Positions 62,723-64,000 of a DNA stretch of 64,000 nucleotides are shown here, piece after piece. How positions within the stretch are numbered: position 1 is the first letter of the stretch; every line of letters starts with the position of its first letter. The stretch is from assembly GCA_002633005.1 (NCBI GenBank), contig NMRA01000428.1, forward strand, positions 232,036 through 296,035, read 5' to 3'. A program made the position numbers and the translations under genes. This DNA is from Phoronis australis. Its lineage: Eukaryota > Animalia > Phoronida. The notes below the pieces were generated by a model. That model did not search any database. It saw only the letters and a list, made by a program, of their open reading frames with translations, and had not been told where the DNA came from.

Positions 62723-63774
62723 ATGAGTCAGTTTGGTGGATTGACTGTGCCTCAGTTGCGAAAATGGCTCATGGAACGTGGCATTACTGTGAATGGACGG
62801 AGAAGTCTTGATTTAGTTAAATTGTGCGAAGCAGTGGACAGATTGGATTTGGTGATCGACCCTGACATGGCTATGGACAACGACTCAAGAACAACGAAGC
62901 AAACTTTAATTTCGATCGGTTATGTGAATGACGACCCATTTATGGACCCTCTCTTGAACAATGATTTTAAGGACATTCCAAAATTAGGATTGTATGATAT
63001 TTTCAATTATTTGCTCTGTAGTAAGGCGAAGTTTGATGAAAAAAAGTTACGGGCTTACAAAAGTGCTGAAGATTATAGGCTCTTTGCCGATGGCCATGTC
63101 ATGGAGCTCAAGTACAGCACTGTGAACGACATCTCTCCTGTTGGCTTGTTCGTTTCTCATGTGAAACCAACACAGAGAGCAAAAACCTACATGAAAAAGG
63201 AATTCTACAGGGCTTGGCTGTTTATGAACAAAGACCCTGTGTCTGTTTTAGCAGCGTGGTGTGAGTGTCCAGGAGGGTGAGTTTAACAGATTTTTTTGTG
63301 TAACCTACTGATTTATCCATACTTAGTATCAATCAATGTATGTTTGGGGTGTCTTGACTAATGTTTCATTGTAGGCTTGATAGGAAGGATCATAAACTTG
63401 TGTAATGGACTCCAGAGTTCGATTAATCTGTTAATTAGTGCGTGGAATACCACCGGGACTTCTTCTCTACACTATCAGATTAACATTGTAGTACTGCAAA
63501 AACTAAGATGTTTCATTAGAAAATTGGTTGTTGAAAGGGTTGTGAGCTACTTACTTGCCTTTACAGCAACACTCAGCATTAACTTTTTGGTTATGTGTTT
63601 TGCTTTCTTCCTTGTTAGCTCTGACGGTGCTTGTCGTCACATCAGTGCGATGATGTACGAGATAGAAGATTTCGAACCAACCTCATGTACGGACGGTCCT
63701 GTGCAATGGAAAAGGCGAGCCAGGGCACATGATGCACCCACTACTGTTCGGCGCTTAAATGTGCTTAAAGCAAG
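62723..63774 (+). CDS. SAP-like + SWIM zinc-finger transposon accessory protein (Kolobok/ISL2EU type); exons 62723-63276 and 63619-63774, continues beyond the window
   Basis: LTVPQLRKWLMERG (SAP-like), RAYKS.EDYRLF.DGHV, VKPTQR, CECPGG|SDGACRH (SWIM split by a phase-2 GT-AG intron), SCTD...W; candidate TTAA|AG terminus at 62482-62487. Confidence 0.75.
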
Positions 63775-64000
63775 GTATGAAATCAAATCCTAATTATTAT
63801 ATACTGACTTTATACTGTCTCATTCTTCCACACCATCAATGTTTAAATGCGACCTAAAGATCACCGCTTGTGGCATAAAGTAAGTTACTATTTTTCTTAA
63901 AATTACAGTACGATGTATTTTGATGTGTAAATGAATACATGAACAATATGTTGAGTTGCGGAATGGTCTTTTTGTCAAGGTACCGCACAGTTGATCAGCC

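Overview
Repeat-rich animal genomic DNA (invertebrate, probably lophotrochozoan or deuterostome; AT-rich, spliceosomal introns, one 17-N gap). Host genes: (1) a complete 4-exon MFS transporter of the MFSD4 / sodium-dependent glucose transporter 1 type on the minus strand (18281->8689, 537 aa by my splice reconstruction); (2) an internally deleted tandem paralog of it at 2261-2714, inside an old segmental duplication (1-~4950 vs ~5450-28670); (3) a secretin/adhesion-class (7tm_2, Methuselah-like) GPCR on the minus strand, whose terminal exon is intact but whose 5' exons look disrupted. The rest is mostly mobile DNA: an intact two-ORF CR1/L2-group LINE, a gag-only LTR element with an HhH-like N-terminus, a solo LTR, BEL and Gypsy relics, L1/Tx1 and RTEX/L2-type relics, several Kolobok-type TTAA elements (THAP, KolX-like and SAP-SWIM pieces), a foldback TIR element carrying nested cargo, Helentron-like (HINE) elements, and Penelope relics. 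The most notable items are four minimal hammerhead-ribozyme motifs (two form a ~115-bp inverted pair inside an MFS intron), an array of same-orientation CTCF-like motifs directly upstream of the MFS gene, and a multicopy element combining a 145-bp palindrome with a CRE plus tRNA-like Pol III head. All calls are from reading the sequence by eye; no searches were run.
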